Origin: Bacteroidetes bacterium MED-G20
GTDB lineage: Bacteria; Bacteroidota; Bacteroidia; Flavobacteriales_D; Parvicellaceae
NCBI GenBank assembly: GCA_905181675.1
Contig: CAJIYZ010000035.1
Location: 12,786 to 76,785, forward strand
Length of the DNA: 64,000 nucleotides
Direction of reading: 5' to 3'
Each line of letters begins with the position of its first letter. Position 1 is the stretch's first letter. This document shows, piece after piece, positions 20,311 to 29,815 of this stretch. The notes beneath the pieces were generated by a model. That model was not told where the DNA came from, searched no databases, and saw only the letters and a program-made list of their open reading frames with translations. Position numbers and translations under genes: made by a program.

Positions 20311-21780
20311 ATGAGTTCTAAAATAAAGTCACTTAAGTACAATGGAAAATGGGATTTTTCACCTTCTATTGAAAGTATAGAGGACATATCTCTTAAAAAA
20401 GAGTATCAGCTTTTTATCAATGGCCAGTTTCAAAAACCAATTTCAAAAAAATATTTCCCATCCATTAACCCCTCCAATGAACAGCAACTCACTAAGATTG
20501 CTCATGCTGAGTCTAAAGATGTTGATTTAGCAGTCAATTCTGCAAGAAATGCATTTAATGGGCATTGGGGAAAATTGCCAGCAAAGGAAAGGGCAAAATA
20601 TATTTATAGAATTGCAAGAATTATTCAAGAAAAGTCTAAAGAATTGGCTATTGTAGAGACATTAGATGGTGGAAAACCAATTCGAGAATCTAGAGATATC
20701 GATATTCCACTTGCTGCTGCTCACTTTTTTTATTATGCAGGATGGGCAGATAAACTTCAATATGCTTTCCCAAATAGAACGCCAAAACCTTTGGGAGTTG
20801 TAGGACAGATTATTCCGTGGAATTTCCCTCTGATGATGGCAGCATGGAAAATTGCTCCCGCTTTAGCAACCGGGAATACAGTAGTTTTAAAACCAGCTGA
20901 GACGACCTCAATTACCGCACTTCTATTAGCTGAAATTATTCAACAGGCAGAGCTTCCTCCAGGAGTTGTAAATATTATAACAGGAGACGGATCTACAGGT
21001 GAATTAATTGTAAATCATCCCGATGTAAATAAAATTGCATTTACAGGATCTACCAAAGTTGGAAAGTCTATTATGCAAAGTATATCAAGTACCACTAAAA
21101 GATCTACAATGGAGTTGGGAGGTAAAGCTGCCAATATTATTTTTGAAGATGCACCATTAGACCAGGCTGTTGAAGGTGTTATTAATGGAATATATTTTAA
21201 CCAAGGTCATGTTTGTTGTGCTGGTTCAAGATTGTTTGTTCAAGAATCTGTATATGAACTCGTTTTAAGAAAATTGAAAGATAGAATGCAGTCCTTGGTT
21301 GTGGGTAATCCGCTTGATAAGAATACGGATATTGGAGCCATAAATTCTAAAGAACAATTATCAACTATCAATAAATATATTGACCTTGGAGTGAAAGAGG
21401 GGGCAGATATTTTCCAGTTAAATTGTGAACTACCTAATGGTGGGTATTGGTGTCCACCTACTTTATTTACCAATGTTTCTCAATCTCATAGTATTGCTAA
21501 TGAAGAGATTTTTGGACCAGTTTTAGCTGTGCAAACTTTTAGAACAACTCAAGAAGTAATTAATAAAGCAAATAACACTCCTTTTGGATTATCTGCAGGT
21601 GTCTGGACAGATAAAGGTTCAAAGGCATTTAATTTAGCATCTAAACTAAAAGCAGGTGTAATATGGGCAAATACATACAATAAATTTGATCCAACCTCCC
21701 CTTTTGGAGGATACAAAGAAAGCGGTCATGGTAGAGAGGGTGGATTACACGGTCTTAGTCCTTATTTAAATTTAGAATAA
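20311..21780 (+). CDS. NAD(P)-dependent aldehyde dehydrogenase (ALDH1/2-like)
   Basis: Full-length ALDH with IIPWNFPL, FTGSTKVG, MELGGKA (catalytic Glu), FNQGHVCCAGSRLFV (catalytic Cys), EEIFGPV and PFGGYKESG. Confidence 0.9.
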   Translation: MSSKIKSLKYNGKWDFSPSIESIEDISLKKEYQLFINGQFQKPISKKYFPSINPSNEQQLTKIAHAESKDVDLAVNSARNAFNGHWGKLPAKERAKYIYRIARIIQEKSKELAIVETLDGGKPIRESRDIDIPLAAAHFFYYAGWADKLQYAFPNRTPKPLGVVGQIIPWNFPLMMAAWKIAPALATGNTVVLKPAETTSITALLLAEIIQQAELPPGVVNIITGDGSTGELIVNHPDVNKIAFTGSTKVGKSIMQSISSTTKRSTMELGGKAANIIFEDAPLDQAVEGVINGIYFNQGHVCCAGSRLFVQESVYELVLRKLKDRMQSLVVGNPLDKNTDIGAINSKEQLSTINKYIDLGVKEGADIFQLNCELPNGGYWCPPTLFTNVSQSHSIANEEIFGPVLAVQTFRTTQEVINKANNTPFGLSAGVWTDKGSKAFNLASKLKAGVIWANTYNKFDPTSPFGGYKESGHGREGGLHGLSPYLNLE

Positions 21781-22664
21781 TGTCAAAAAGAATTAAAATT
21801 TTAAAAACCTATAAAATTTTTATTGATGGTAAGTTCCCTAGGACTGAATCGGGAAGATATACTCAATTAAAAAAAGACAATATTCCATTAGCAAATGTTT
21901 GCCTATCCTCAAAAAAAGATATAAAAAATGCGGTTTTGTCTGCAAGAAATGCATTTGAAAGTTGGTCTAATAAGTCTGCCTATAACAGAAGTCAGGTATT
22001 ATATAGAATTGCAGAAATGCTGGAAGGAAATAAAAACCAATTTTTGGAAGAGTTAATTCTTCAAGGAGTCGATTCAAAAAAAGCAATTTTAGAAATAGAT
22101 CAAAGTATAGATAGGATTATTTATTTTGCAGGGTGGGCAGATAAGATAAATCCAATATTTGGGTCTGTTAACCCAGTAGCATCCTCCCATTTTAATTTTA
22201 CAATTTTAGAACCAATGGGTGTAGTAGCAATTGTTGCACCTGAAGACAGCTCATTATTGGGGTTAATATCTTCAATTATTCCCGTGATAGTTTCTGGAAA
22301 TACGACGGTCAGCATAGCGTCTGAAAAACTGCCATTATGTGCAATTTCTTTAGCCGAAGTAATCTCAAATTCTGATGTTCCTAATGGCGTAGTTAATATT
22401 GTTACAGGTGAAAAAGAGGAATTAGCGCCACATTTGGCCCAACATATGGATGTTAATGCTCTTGGGCTTAATTTGGAGAATAAAGTATTAAAAGATAAAA
22501 TGGTTTTTGAAGCGACCAATAACTTAAAAAGGGTAGTGGATATTTCACAATATAATATTCAAGAAAGTGAATTTGAGGCTCCATATATTGTTAAAAATTT
22601 TATGGAGGCAAAAACAACTTGGCATCCAATTGAGAAAGATTTCACATCCTCCAATAAATACTAG
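21780..22664 (+). CDS. ALDH-family paralogue lacking the catalytic domain (cofactor-binding half plus C-terminal tail only)
   Basis: Aligns by eye to ALDH from the N-terminus (SARNAFESWSN.SAYNRSQVLYRIAEMLE, YFAGWADKI, EPMGVVAIVAPEDSSLLG, PNGVVNIVTG) up to NNLKRVV. It then jumps to an ALDH-like extreme C-terminus (FMEAKTTWHPI). No ELGGK Glu and no catalytic Cys segment. Its start overlaps the stop of the full ALDH (TAATG). Confidence 0.7.
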   Translation: MSKRIKILKTYKIFIDGKFPRTESGRYTQLKKDNIPLANVCLSSKKDIKNAVLSARNAFESWSNKSAYNRSQVLYRIAEMLEGNKNQFLEELILQGVDSKKAILEIDQSIDRIIYFAGWADKINPIFGSVNPVASSHFNFTILEPMGVVAIVAPEDSSLLGLISSIIPVIVSGNTTVSIASEKLPLCAISLAEVISNSDVPNGVVNIVTGEKEELAPHLAQHMDVNALGLNLENKVLKDKMVFEATNNLKRVVDISQYNIQESEFEAPYIVKNFMEAKTTWHPIEKDFTSSNKY

Positions 22665-22665
22665 T

Positions 22666-22884
22666 ATGGAAAGAAGTAAAAAAAGACATTTGGCTAAGAC
22701 ATTTACTTGGAGATTTACAGCAACTTTAACAACCATTATTATTGCATGGATTATCACCGGAGATCCATTAACTGGATTGACAGTTGGAGGAATTGAGTTT
22801 TTTGTGAAAATGCCAATTTATTATTTACATGAGAGAACCTGGTATAGGTCTAATTTTGGATTGAATGGAAGAAATAATAAATGA
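22666..22884 (+). CDS. Small two-TM membrane protein (DUF2061-like)
   Basis: MERSKKRHLAKTFTWRFTATLTTIIIAWIITGDPLTGLTVGGIEFFVKMPIYYLHERTW resembles DUF2061 as I recall it. The ATG at 22666 lies 2 nt after the upstream stop, so the longer ORF-track version (22567) overlaps the ALDH-like gene and is rejected. Confidence 0.6.
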   Translation: MERSKKRHLAKTFTWRFTATLTTIIIAWIITGDPLTGLTVGGIEFFVKMPIYYLHERTWYRSNFGLNGRNNK

Positions 22885-23632
22885 ATCTAATTGGCTGGAA
22901 ATTGCCAAAAATGCTGCTATAAAAGCAGGGGAGAAAATACTTCAAATTTATAGTGAAGATTTTTCTGTTACATACAAAAATGACAACTCTCCTTTGACCA
23001 TTGCTGATCAACAAGCCAACGAAATTATTGAAGGATATCTTTCAAAAACCAATATTCCAATCCTGAGTGAGGAAGGAAAATTAACAGATTACAAGGTTAG
23101 AAAAAACTGGGAATTACTTTGGATAGTAGACCCTTTAGATGGAACAAAAGAGTTTGTAAAAAGAAATGGAGAATTCACCGTTAACATTGCATTGGTGAAA
23201 GATGGAGTGCCAATTTTAGGAGTTATTTTTGTCCCTGTCAAAGGATGGTTGTATTATGGCTCTTCCAAAGGATCCTACAGAGAGATAGATGATGAAAAAG
23301 TGCTATTACCAATGGCCAAAAAATCAACTGTTTTTAAAGTAGTTGGCAGTAGATCTCATCAAAGTCCAGAAACCAAAGAATATTTTGAAAATATTCAAGA
23401 AAAAAAAGAGAATGTAGAAATAGTATCTATGGGTAGTTCTGTAAAAATTTGTTTGGTAGCAGAAGGAAGTGCAGATGTTTATCCAAGATTTGCACCAACT
23501 ATGGAATGGGATACTGCAGCTGGACATGCAATAGCTAAATATGCTGGAAAAAAGTTAATAGATTTACAAACAAAACAAGAGATGGTATATAATCGTCCAA
23601 GACTAACAAATAATTGGTTTATTGTAGAATAA
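22865..23632 (+). CDS. cysQ: 3'(2'),5'-bisphosphate nucleotidase (PAP phosphatase)
   Basis: Inositol-monophosphatase fold motifs: [17 protein letters not shown] and WDTAAGHAI. Size 255 aa. Confidence 0.85.
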   Translation: MEEIINESNWLEIAKNAAIKAGEKILQIYSEDFSVTYKNDNSPLTIADQQANEIIEGYLSKTNIPILSEEGKLTDYKVRKNWELLWIVDPLDGTKEFVKRNGEFTVNIALVKDGVPILGVIFVPVKGWLYYGSSKGSYREIDDEKVLLPMAKKSTVFKVVGSRSHQSPETKEYFENIQEKKENVEIVSMGSSVKICLVAEGSADVYPRFAPTMEWDTAAGHAIAKYAGKKLIDLQTKQEMVYNRPRLTNNWFIVE

Positions 23633-24684
23633 TGAAGAAAGTTGCATTAATTACTGGTATTACGGGACAAGATGGTGCCTATTTAGCAGAACTGTTGTTG
23701 GAAAAAAATTACGAAGTACACGGTGTAAAGCGAAGATCATCTTCTTTTAATACTTCTAGAATAGATCATTTATACAAAGACAAACACTATCAAGATGTTA
23801 ATTTTTTTCTTCACTATGGAGATTTAACTGATGCCACCAATTTAATAAGGATAATACAGGAAGTACAGCCAGAAGAAATTTACAATCTTGGAGCCCAGTC
23901 TCACGTCAAAGTTTCGTTTGAAATCCCAGAGTATACAGCAAATTCAGATGCTCTAGGAACCTTAAGAATTTTAGAAGCTATTAGAATTCTAAAGATGGAA
24001 AATAAAGTAAGGTTTTACCAAGCATCTACTTCTGAACTATATGGTAAATCTCAAGAAGTCCCTCAAACTGAAACTACTCCATTTTACCCAAGAAGCCCAT
24101 ACGGGGTTGCTAAATTATATGCTTTTTGGATTGTAAAAAATTACAGAGAAGCATATGGAATGTTTGCTTGTAATGGAATTTTATTTAACCACGAGAGCCC
24201 AATTAGAGGAGAAACTTTTGTCACTAGAAAAATAACTAGAGCTGCTTCAAAAATTAAACTTGGTCTTCAGGAAAAGCTTTATTTAGGTAATTTAGATGCC
24301 CAGAGAGATTGGGGACACGCTAAAGACTATGTAGAAGGAATGTGGCAAATGCTTCAGCATGAAAAGCCCGAAGATTTTGTTTTAGCAACTGGTAAAACAA
24401 CAACCATTAGAGAGTTTTGTAATTTATCTTTTAAGGAATTGGGGATAGATATAAAATGGGACGGAAAAGGAGTGAAAGAAGTTGGCATTGATAAATCTTC
24501 TAATAAAGTAATTATTTCAATTGACCCTAATTACTACCGACCAACGGAAGTTGATTTGCTTATTGGAGATGCTTCAAAAGCCAAAAAGTTATTAAACTGG
24601 AACCCGAAATATGATTTAAAATCTTTGGTAAAAGAAATGGTGAGTGTCGATTATAGTTCTTTTCAAAAAAGTTTAAAAAAATAA
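23632..24684 (+). CDS. gmd: GDP-mannose 4,6-dehydratase
   Basis: [52 protein letters not shown] and [10 protein letters not shown]. The ATG at 23632 overlaps the cysQ stop (TAATG). Confidence 0.93.
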   Translation: MKKVALITGITGQDGAYLAELLLEKNYEVHGVKRRSSSFNTSRIDHLYKDKHYQDVNFFLHYGDLTDATNLIRIIQEVQPEEIYNLGAQSHVKVSFEIPEYTANSDALGTLRILEAIRILKMENKVRFYQASTSELYGKSQEVPQTETTPFYPRSPYGVAKLYAFWIVKNYREAYGMFACNGILFNHESPIRGETFVTRKITRAASKIKLGLQEKLYLGNLDAQRDWGHAKDYVEGMWQMLQHEKPEDFVLATGKTTTIREFCNLSFKELGIDIKWDGKGVKEVGIDKSSNKVIISIDPNYYRPTEVDLLIGDASKAKKLLNWNPKYDLKSLVKEMVSVDYSSFQKSLKK

Positions 24685-25622
24685 TGGAGTTTTCAAAAAA
24701 TTCTAAAATTTATGTTGCTGGACACAACGGAATGGTTGGTTCCGCTATAGTTAGAAAATTACAATCCTTGGGGCATACTAATTTATTATTAAAGTCTTCC
24801 AAAGAATTGGATTTAAGAAAATCAGAAGATGTAATTAATTTTTTTAAAATGGAAAGTCCTGAGTTTGTTTTTTTGGCAGCAGCCAAAGTAGGAGGGATTC
24901 TAGCCAATAGTTCCTACAAAGCAGATTTTATATATGATAATTTAATGATTCAAACTAATGTGATAAAAAATGCTCACCAGTTTGGCGTTGAAAAACTTCT
25001 ATTTCTAGGGTCTTCATGTATCTATCCCAAAAACTCTGCTCAGCCAATTAAAGAAGAATACCTTCTAACTGGACTTTTAGAAGCAACCAACGAGCCTTAT
25101 GCAATAGCCAAGATTGCAGGATTAAAAATGTGTGAATACTTTAGAGAACAGTATGGGTGTAATTTTATAACCACCATGCCCACAAATTTGTATGGTGAAA
25201 ATGATAATTTTGACCTTAAAAGTTCTCATGTTTTACCAGCCTTATTAAGGAAGTTTCACGAGGCAAAGACTAACAATACTAACAAAGTAAGCATTTGGGG
25301 AAGTGGCAATCCCAAAAGAGAATTTTTACATGTTGACGATTTAGCAGATGCATGTGTTTTTTTAATGAAAAGTTACAATGAATCTCCAACTATTAATGTA
25401 GGGACAGGGGAAGATATATCAATCAAAAATTTAGCTCTTTTGATTAAAGAAGTTACTGGTTTTAATGGAGAATTAGATTGGGATTCTAGTATGCCTGATG
25501 GTACCTACAGAAAATTATTAGACGTTAGTAAAATTCATAACTTAGAATGGAAAGCTAAAACTAGTCTTAAAGATGGAATTAAATTAACTTATGACTGGTA
25601 TATAAAAAACCATGATGTCTGA
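24684..25622 (+). CDS. fcl: GDP-L-fucose synthase (GDP-4-keto-6-deoxymannose 3,5-epimerase/4-reductase)
   Basis: IYVAGHNGMVGSAIVRKL, LGSSCIYPK, YAIAKIAG and MPTNLYGENDNF. TAATG overlap with gmd. Confidence 0.92.
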   Translation: MEFSKNSKIYVAGHNGMVGSAIVRKLQSLGHTNLLLKSSKELDLRKSEDVINFFKMESPEFVFLAAAKVGGILANSSYKADFIYDNLMIQTNVIKNAHQFGVEKLLFLGSSCIYPKNSAQPIKEEYLLTGLLEATNEPYAIAKIAGLKMCEYFREQYGCNFITTMPTNLYGENDNFDLKSSHVLPALLRKFHEAKTNNTNKVSIWGSGNPKREFLHVDDLADACVFLMKSYNESPTINVGTGEDISIKNLALLIKEVTGFNGELDWDSSMPDGTYRKLLDVSKIHNLEWKAKTSLKDGIKLTYDWYIKNHDV

Positions 25623-27141
25623 AAAAAAAATCCTTAAAGTTGCTATATTTTATCTTGGCTTTTGGTTAGTTACACCCCTTAGTGCCCAAATTAAAAACAG
25701 TAGCTTTTCTTTTAATTATTCTAATCAATTCAAAAAAGTCTGCCATAGTTCAATTCAACCATATTTAGAGTCTAGTCAATATTTCTCAGATAGCATAATA
25801 AAAAAAGATAGAACCAAACTTGGAAATAAAATATTTGAACATAGCTTGTTAGATGTTTTTCAAGAAGATATTCATATTACAGCAGATCCTATTTTTAATT
25901 TCACTCTAGGACAACAAAACATTGATCTGGATTATAGGTATTATAGTAATGTAAGAGGATTTAGAATAACTGGAGATTTAAGTGATAATTTTTCATTTGA
26001 AACTAGATTTTATGAAAATCAATTTTTTTATCCATTGTACCTTCAGAATAAGTCTAATGATAGAGCAAATCCAACAATGGGAGTTGATGGAATTGCTTAT
26101 GGAATAGGCAGGTCTAAACGTTTTAAGGAAAATGGACATGACGCAAGTTTGGCAAATGGATATTTAAGTTTTTCTCCAATTCCTGAAATTAATTTACAAA
26201 TTGGTCATGGAAGACATTTTTTTGGAGACGGATATCGGTCTTTATTAATTTCGGATTATGCTCCAGATTATCCTTATATAAGTGGGCAGTATTTTTTATT
26301 TAACAAAAAAATCCTTTACAAACATGTTACTTCATGGATGAAAAACCTAGAAAGAATTCCCGCAGCTTCAACTCCAGAAGCATTGTTTATTCCCAAATCA
26401 ACAAGTTTTAATCAATTATCTTTTTCTCCCAACAAAAGGTTTTCAATTTCTTTATTTGAAGGGGGTGTCTATAAATCATTTGACGCTCAAAAAGGTGAAA
26501 TTAATCCAAATTTGAGTTTCTATTTGCCAATAATGGGAACAAAAACAATAGATATAGACACTACCAACAATATTATTTATGGATTTAATTGGTCTTTTTT
26601 ATTTTTTGATAATATCAAAATATACAATCAAATAGCATTTAAATCTTTGTCTTTTTCTAATGGTTTTCAACTAGGAATTAAATGGATTAGCCCATTAAAG
26701 CTTTCTAAGTCCTTTTTAAATATTGAATGGAATACGTCTCCTTCCAGTCTTTATTCCATGAGTCAAGGGCAGATTAATCAAAGCTATTCTCATTTGGGTC
26801 ATGAATTAGCCCACCCTTTGGGTTCGGGCTTTCAGGAATTATTAATTCGAGGACAGTTTTGTTACAAAAAATCTTTTTTAAGATTTAACTATAATTATGC
26901 CAATTTTATTTCTAGTTATAATGGGGGTGAAATTTTTGAACCTTTAGAAAATTCACTTTTCAATATTAGCTCTAATAATAACAGAATATTTTTAAATACC
27001 AATATTGGTATTATGCTGAATAAAGCGACCAATATGGAAATATCTGTTGGTCATATTACAAGGATTTACAATAATTTAGCAGAAAATTATATTTTTCTCA
27101 GCTGGAGAACTAATTTGAAAAACGATTACTTTGACCAATAA
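25612..27141 (+). CDS. Outer-membrane protein, polysaccharide-associated (Wzi / RemB-like; tentative)
   Basis: Signal peptide and beta-rich sequence. Conserved blocks FGDGYRSLLISDYAPDYPY and LGHELAHPLGSGF are shared with the paralogue at 28242-29747. The family name is from memory only. Confidence 0.5.
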   Translation: MMSEKKILKVAIFYLGFWLVTPLSAQIKNSSFSFNYSNQFKKVCHSSIQPYLESSQYFSDSIIKKDRTKLGNKIFEHSLLDVFQEDIHITADPIFNFTLGQQNIDLDYRYYSNVRGFRITGDLSDNFSFETRFYENQFFYPLYLQNKSNDRANPTMGVDGIAYGIGRSKRFKENGHDASLANGYLSFSPIPEINLQIGHGRHFFGDGYRSLLISDYAPDYPYISGQYFLFNKKILYKHVTSWMKNLERIPAASTPEALFIPKSTSFNQLSFSPNKRFSISLFEGGVYKSFDAQKGEINPNLSFYLPIMGTKTIDIDTTNNIIYGFNWSFLFFDNIKIYNQIAFKSLSFSNGFQLGIKWISPLKLSKSFLNIEWNTSPSSLYSMSQGQINQSYSHLGHELAHPLGSGFQELLIRGQFCYKKSFLRFNYNYANFISSYNGGEIFEPLENSLFNISSNNNRIFLNTNIGIMLNKATNMEISVGHITRIYNNLAENYIFLSWRTNLKNDYFDQ

Positions 27142-27150
27142 AATTATATT

Positions 27151-28245
27151 TTGAGCGGACTATACATATTAATTTTTGGCTTTTTTACCGCTTTGATTGT
27201 TGTTTTATTTTCAATGCCATCTTTAATAAAAGTAGCTAAGCTTAAAAACTTAGTGGACTCTCCTTCAGAAGAAAGGAAAATGCATCGTTGGAGTATTCCA
27301 ACTCTTGGAGGAGTTGTAATATTTGGTGCCATAGTATTTTCTTATTCTCTTTGGTTTCCAGAAGAATATCACTTTATTGATGGTATGTTGTCTAATTTTA
27401 AGTTTTTGATTTCTTCTCTAATCCTTCTTTTTTTTGTTGGGGTAAAAGATGATATTATAGGAACTGCTCCGGTGAAGAAATTGATTGCACATATAATTGT
27501 AGCGTTTATACTTGTAGTGATGGCAGGGCTTAGAATTGAATCAATGCATGGAATATTTGGCATTGTAAATCCTCTTAATTTATGGCAAAGTTACTTATTA
27601 AGCATCTTTGCCTATTTAGTAATTATCAATTCTATAAACTTAATTGACGGATTAGATGGTCTTGCTGGACTAGTATCTTTATTGGCTTCTATTTTTTTCG
27701 GTATTTTATTTTATTATTCTGGTAATATTCCATTAAGTCTTCTTTCTTTTGTTTTATCTGGCACTATGCTGGGTTTTGTTTTTTTTAACTTTTATCCTGC
27801 AAGAGTTTTTATGGGTGACGCAGGATCTTTAGCAATTGGTTCAATTTTTTGTGTTTTAGCAATTAATGCAATTAATGAAAACTATTTATTAGCTCCAAAC
27901 TGGGTTCAGTCATTGAATAAAGCAGTTTTAGCCTTGAGTATTTTAGCATATCCATTAATTGATACTTTAAGGGTTTTTAGTTTAAGAATATTAAAAGGAA
28001 AATCTCCATTTACAGCGGATAAAAACCATATACATCATAGTTTTGAAAAAATTGGCTTTGGCCATGCTAAATCTTCTTTGTCAATTTTTATTTATGGATT
28101 AATTGTAGTTCTGTTTCAATTATTTTTACAATTATTTTTAAATATAAATAACCCAACTTTATTGTTGTTTATTCAAGTAGTTTTCTCAGGTTTTCTTATC
28201 GCAGTTATTTACTTTATTGTAAAATCAATTATTAATAAAAATTGA
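27151..28245 (+). CDS. Polyprenyl-phosphate N-acetylhexosamine-1-phosphate transferase (MraY/WecA family, GT4)
   Basis: About 10 TM helices with DDIIG, NLIDGLDGLAG and FMGDAGSLAIG motifs. TTG start at 27151 keeps the first TM helix. Confidence 0.85.
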   Translation: MSGLYILIFGFFTALIVVLFSMPSLIKVAKLKNLVDSPSEERKMHRWSIPTLGGVVIFGAIVFSYSLWFPEEYHFIDGMLSNFKFLISSLILLFFVGVKDDIIGTAPVKKLIAHIIVAFILVVMAGLRIESMHGIFGIVNPLNLWQSYLLSIFAYLVIINSINLIDGLDGLAGLVSLLASIFFGILFYYSGNIPLSLLSFVLSGTMLGFVFFNFYPARVFMGDAGSLAIGSIFCVLAINAINENYLLAPNWVQSLNKAVLALSILAYPLIDTLRVFSLRILKGKSPFTADKNHIHHSFEKIGFGHAKSSLSIFIYGLIVVLFQLFLQLFLNINNPTLLLFIQVVFSGFLIAVIYFIVKSIINKN

Positions 28246-29747
28246 AAAAAAGCATTCTATATATTCTAGGACTATTAACCGTTTTTAATGTCTTTTCACA
28301 ACAATATGTTTACGGAGATATCCAAAGCAGATATAAGTTGGAGAAGAATATCTTTCAGCAAGATAATAAGCATACTTTATCAAAACCGTATCTAATTGAC
28401 AATAACATAACAAATAATTATCAAAAGGGAATATGGAGTTATGCAGCTATTAAAGATTCTTCAAAGATTATTATTTTACCATTTTTCTCTCTACAAGAGT
28501 CACCTAAAGTTTTTCCTAGCACTAGACAATTAAATTATTCAACAGGTTTTCAGTTTAATTTTTTAAGACCAAATTTTTTTTCCCAAATTAGAATTGGTTA
28601 TCAACAAGGATCAGTAGATGACACCAGGTTTTCTTACAAAAGACCATACGCTCCTTCCTTAGGATATATAGATGATACTAATTCTTTGTCTTTTAGTAAG
28701 CCCATAATCCAAGGCGTTATTTCTTATAAGATTAACAATTATATCACTATAAGTGCAGGAAACGAAAAAAATACTTTTGGAGATGGGTATAGATCACTTT
28801 GGCTTTCAGATTTTGCACCAGTTTATCCCTTTTTGAAATTAGAATCTACATTTTGGAAAGTCAAATATGTAAATCTTTGGTCTTTACACGATGATCAATC
28901 TCCACAAGGTTTTTCAAACCTTAAATGGGCCTCATCTCACCTTCTGAGTTATAATGTGACTAAATGGATGAATTTAAGTTTATTTGAATCTGTTGTTTGG
29001 CAAGACAAAGACACCCTTGTCAATAGAGGGCCAGATATTAATTATTTCAATCCTTTTGTGTTTTTTAGGCCTGTAGAATATGGTATAGGCTCAGCTGATA
29101 ATTCTCTTCTAGGTGCAGGACTTAAGTTTACAATTGACAAGCAGTATTTAATTTATTCAAGTTTTATTTTAGATGAATTTTTATTTAGTGAGATTAAAAA
29201 TAGAACAGGTTGGTGGGGGAATAAATACGGTATTCAGTTTGGAATAAAGACATTTGATCTTTTTAAATTAGATGGATTGTATTCCATTTTGGAATTTAAT
29301 TCTGTTAGGCCATTTACTTATTCTCACTTAAGTTCTAAACAAAATTACGGCCATAAAAATCATTCTTTGGCCCATCCTTTAGAATCAAATTTTGAAGAGT
29401 TTTTAGTTTTAATAGGTTATCAAAAAAACAATTTAGATTTCTCGGTTCAGTACCATTTTCAGAAATATGGAATAGATTCTGCAAATCTTAATTTTGGAGG
29501 AAATATGTTTGAATCTTACGTGGATAGGACTGGAGACTATTACCAAAAAATTGGTCAAGGCAATTTAATAAATCAACATTTATTAATTGTACAATTGTCT
29601 TATATGGTTTCTGCACTTACCAATACTAAGGTTTTCGTAAGGTTAAACTCTTTAAATTCTAAAGACCTAAATGAGCTTACCAAGGCTAATAAAGTCTTTA
29701 ACTTTGGAATCTCGTCCAGATTGTGGCAAGATCAGCAAGATTATTGA
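28242..29747 (+). CDS. Outer-membrane protein, paralogue of 25612-27141 (Wzi / RemB-like; tentative)
   Basis: Signal peptide. FGDGYRSLWLSDFAPVYPF and NHSLAHPLESNF blocks are shared with the upstream paralogue. The TTG start overlaps the TGA stop of the WecA-like gene (TTGA). Confidence 0.5.
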   Translation: MKKSILYILGLLTVFNVFSQQYVYGDIQSRYKLEKNIFQQDNKHTLSKPYLIDNNITNNYQKGIWSYAAIKDSSKIIILPFFSLQESPKVFPSTRQLNYSTGFQFNFLRPNFFSQIRIGYQQGSVDDTRFSYKRPYAPSLGYIDDTNSLSFSKPIIQGVISYKINNYITISAGNEKNTFGDGYRSLWLSDFAPVYPFLKLESTFWKVKYVNLWSLHDDQSPQGFSNLKWASSHLLSYNVTKWMNLSLFESVVWQDKDTLVNRGPDINYFNPFVFFRPVEYGIGSADNSLLGAGLKFTIDKQYLIYSSFILDEFLFSEIKNRTGWWGNKYGIQFGIKTFDLFKLDGLYSILEFNSVRPFTYSHLSSKQNYGHKNHSLAHPLESNFEEFLVLIGYQKNNLDFSVQYHFQKYGIDSANLNFGGNMFESYVDRTGDYYQKIGQGNLINQHLLIVQLSYMVSALTNTKVFVRLNSLNSKDLNELTKANKVFNFGISSRLWQDQQDY

Positions 29748-29815
29748 TTGAATCGTTCAACATATCCTATAATAAATAAGAAATTGTACTAATTTCGCGG
29801 TAAATTAATTTTGGT

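Noticed and set aside
22121-22519. 132-aa minus-strand ORF inside the ALDH-like gene. Similar antisense ORFs occur at 18959-19300, 46947-47372, 5272-5538, 10197-10442, 12219-12452 and 12897-13088.
   Set aside because: All lie fully within strongly supported genes on the opposite strand and have no recognisable features, so they are treated as non-coding.
29748-29760. Small hairpin TTGAA-TCG-TTCAA right after the second OMP gene
   Set aside because: The stem is only 5 bp with no following T-tract, which is too weak to call a terminator.
29806-29813. TAATTTTG promoter-like box immediately upstream of cyoE
   Set aside because: It ends 2 nt before the TTG start used for cyoE (29816), which is incompatible unless the true start is the in-frame TTG at 29834. 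It is left unresolved rather than called.
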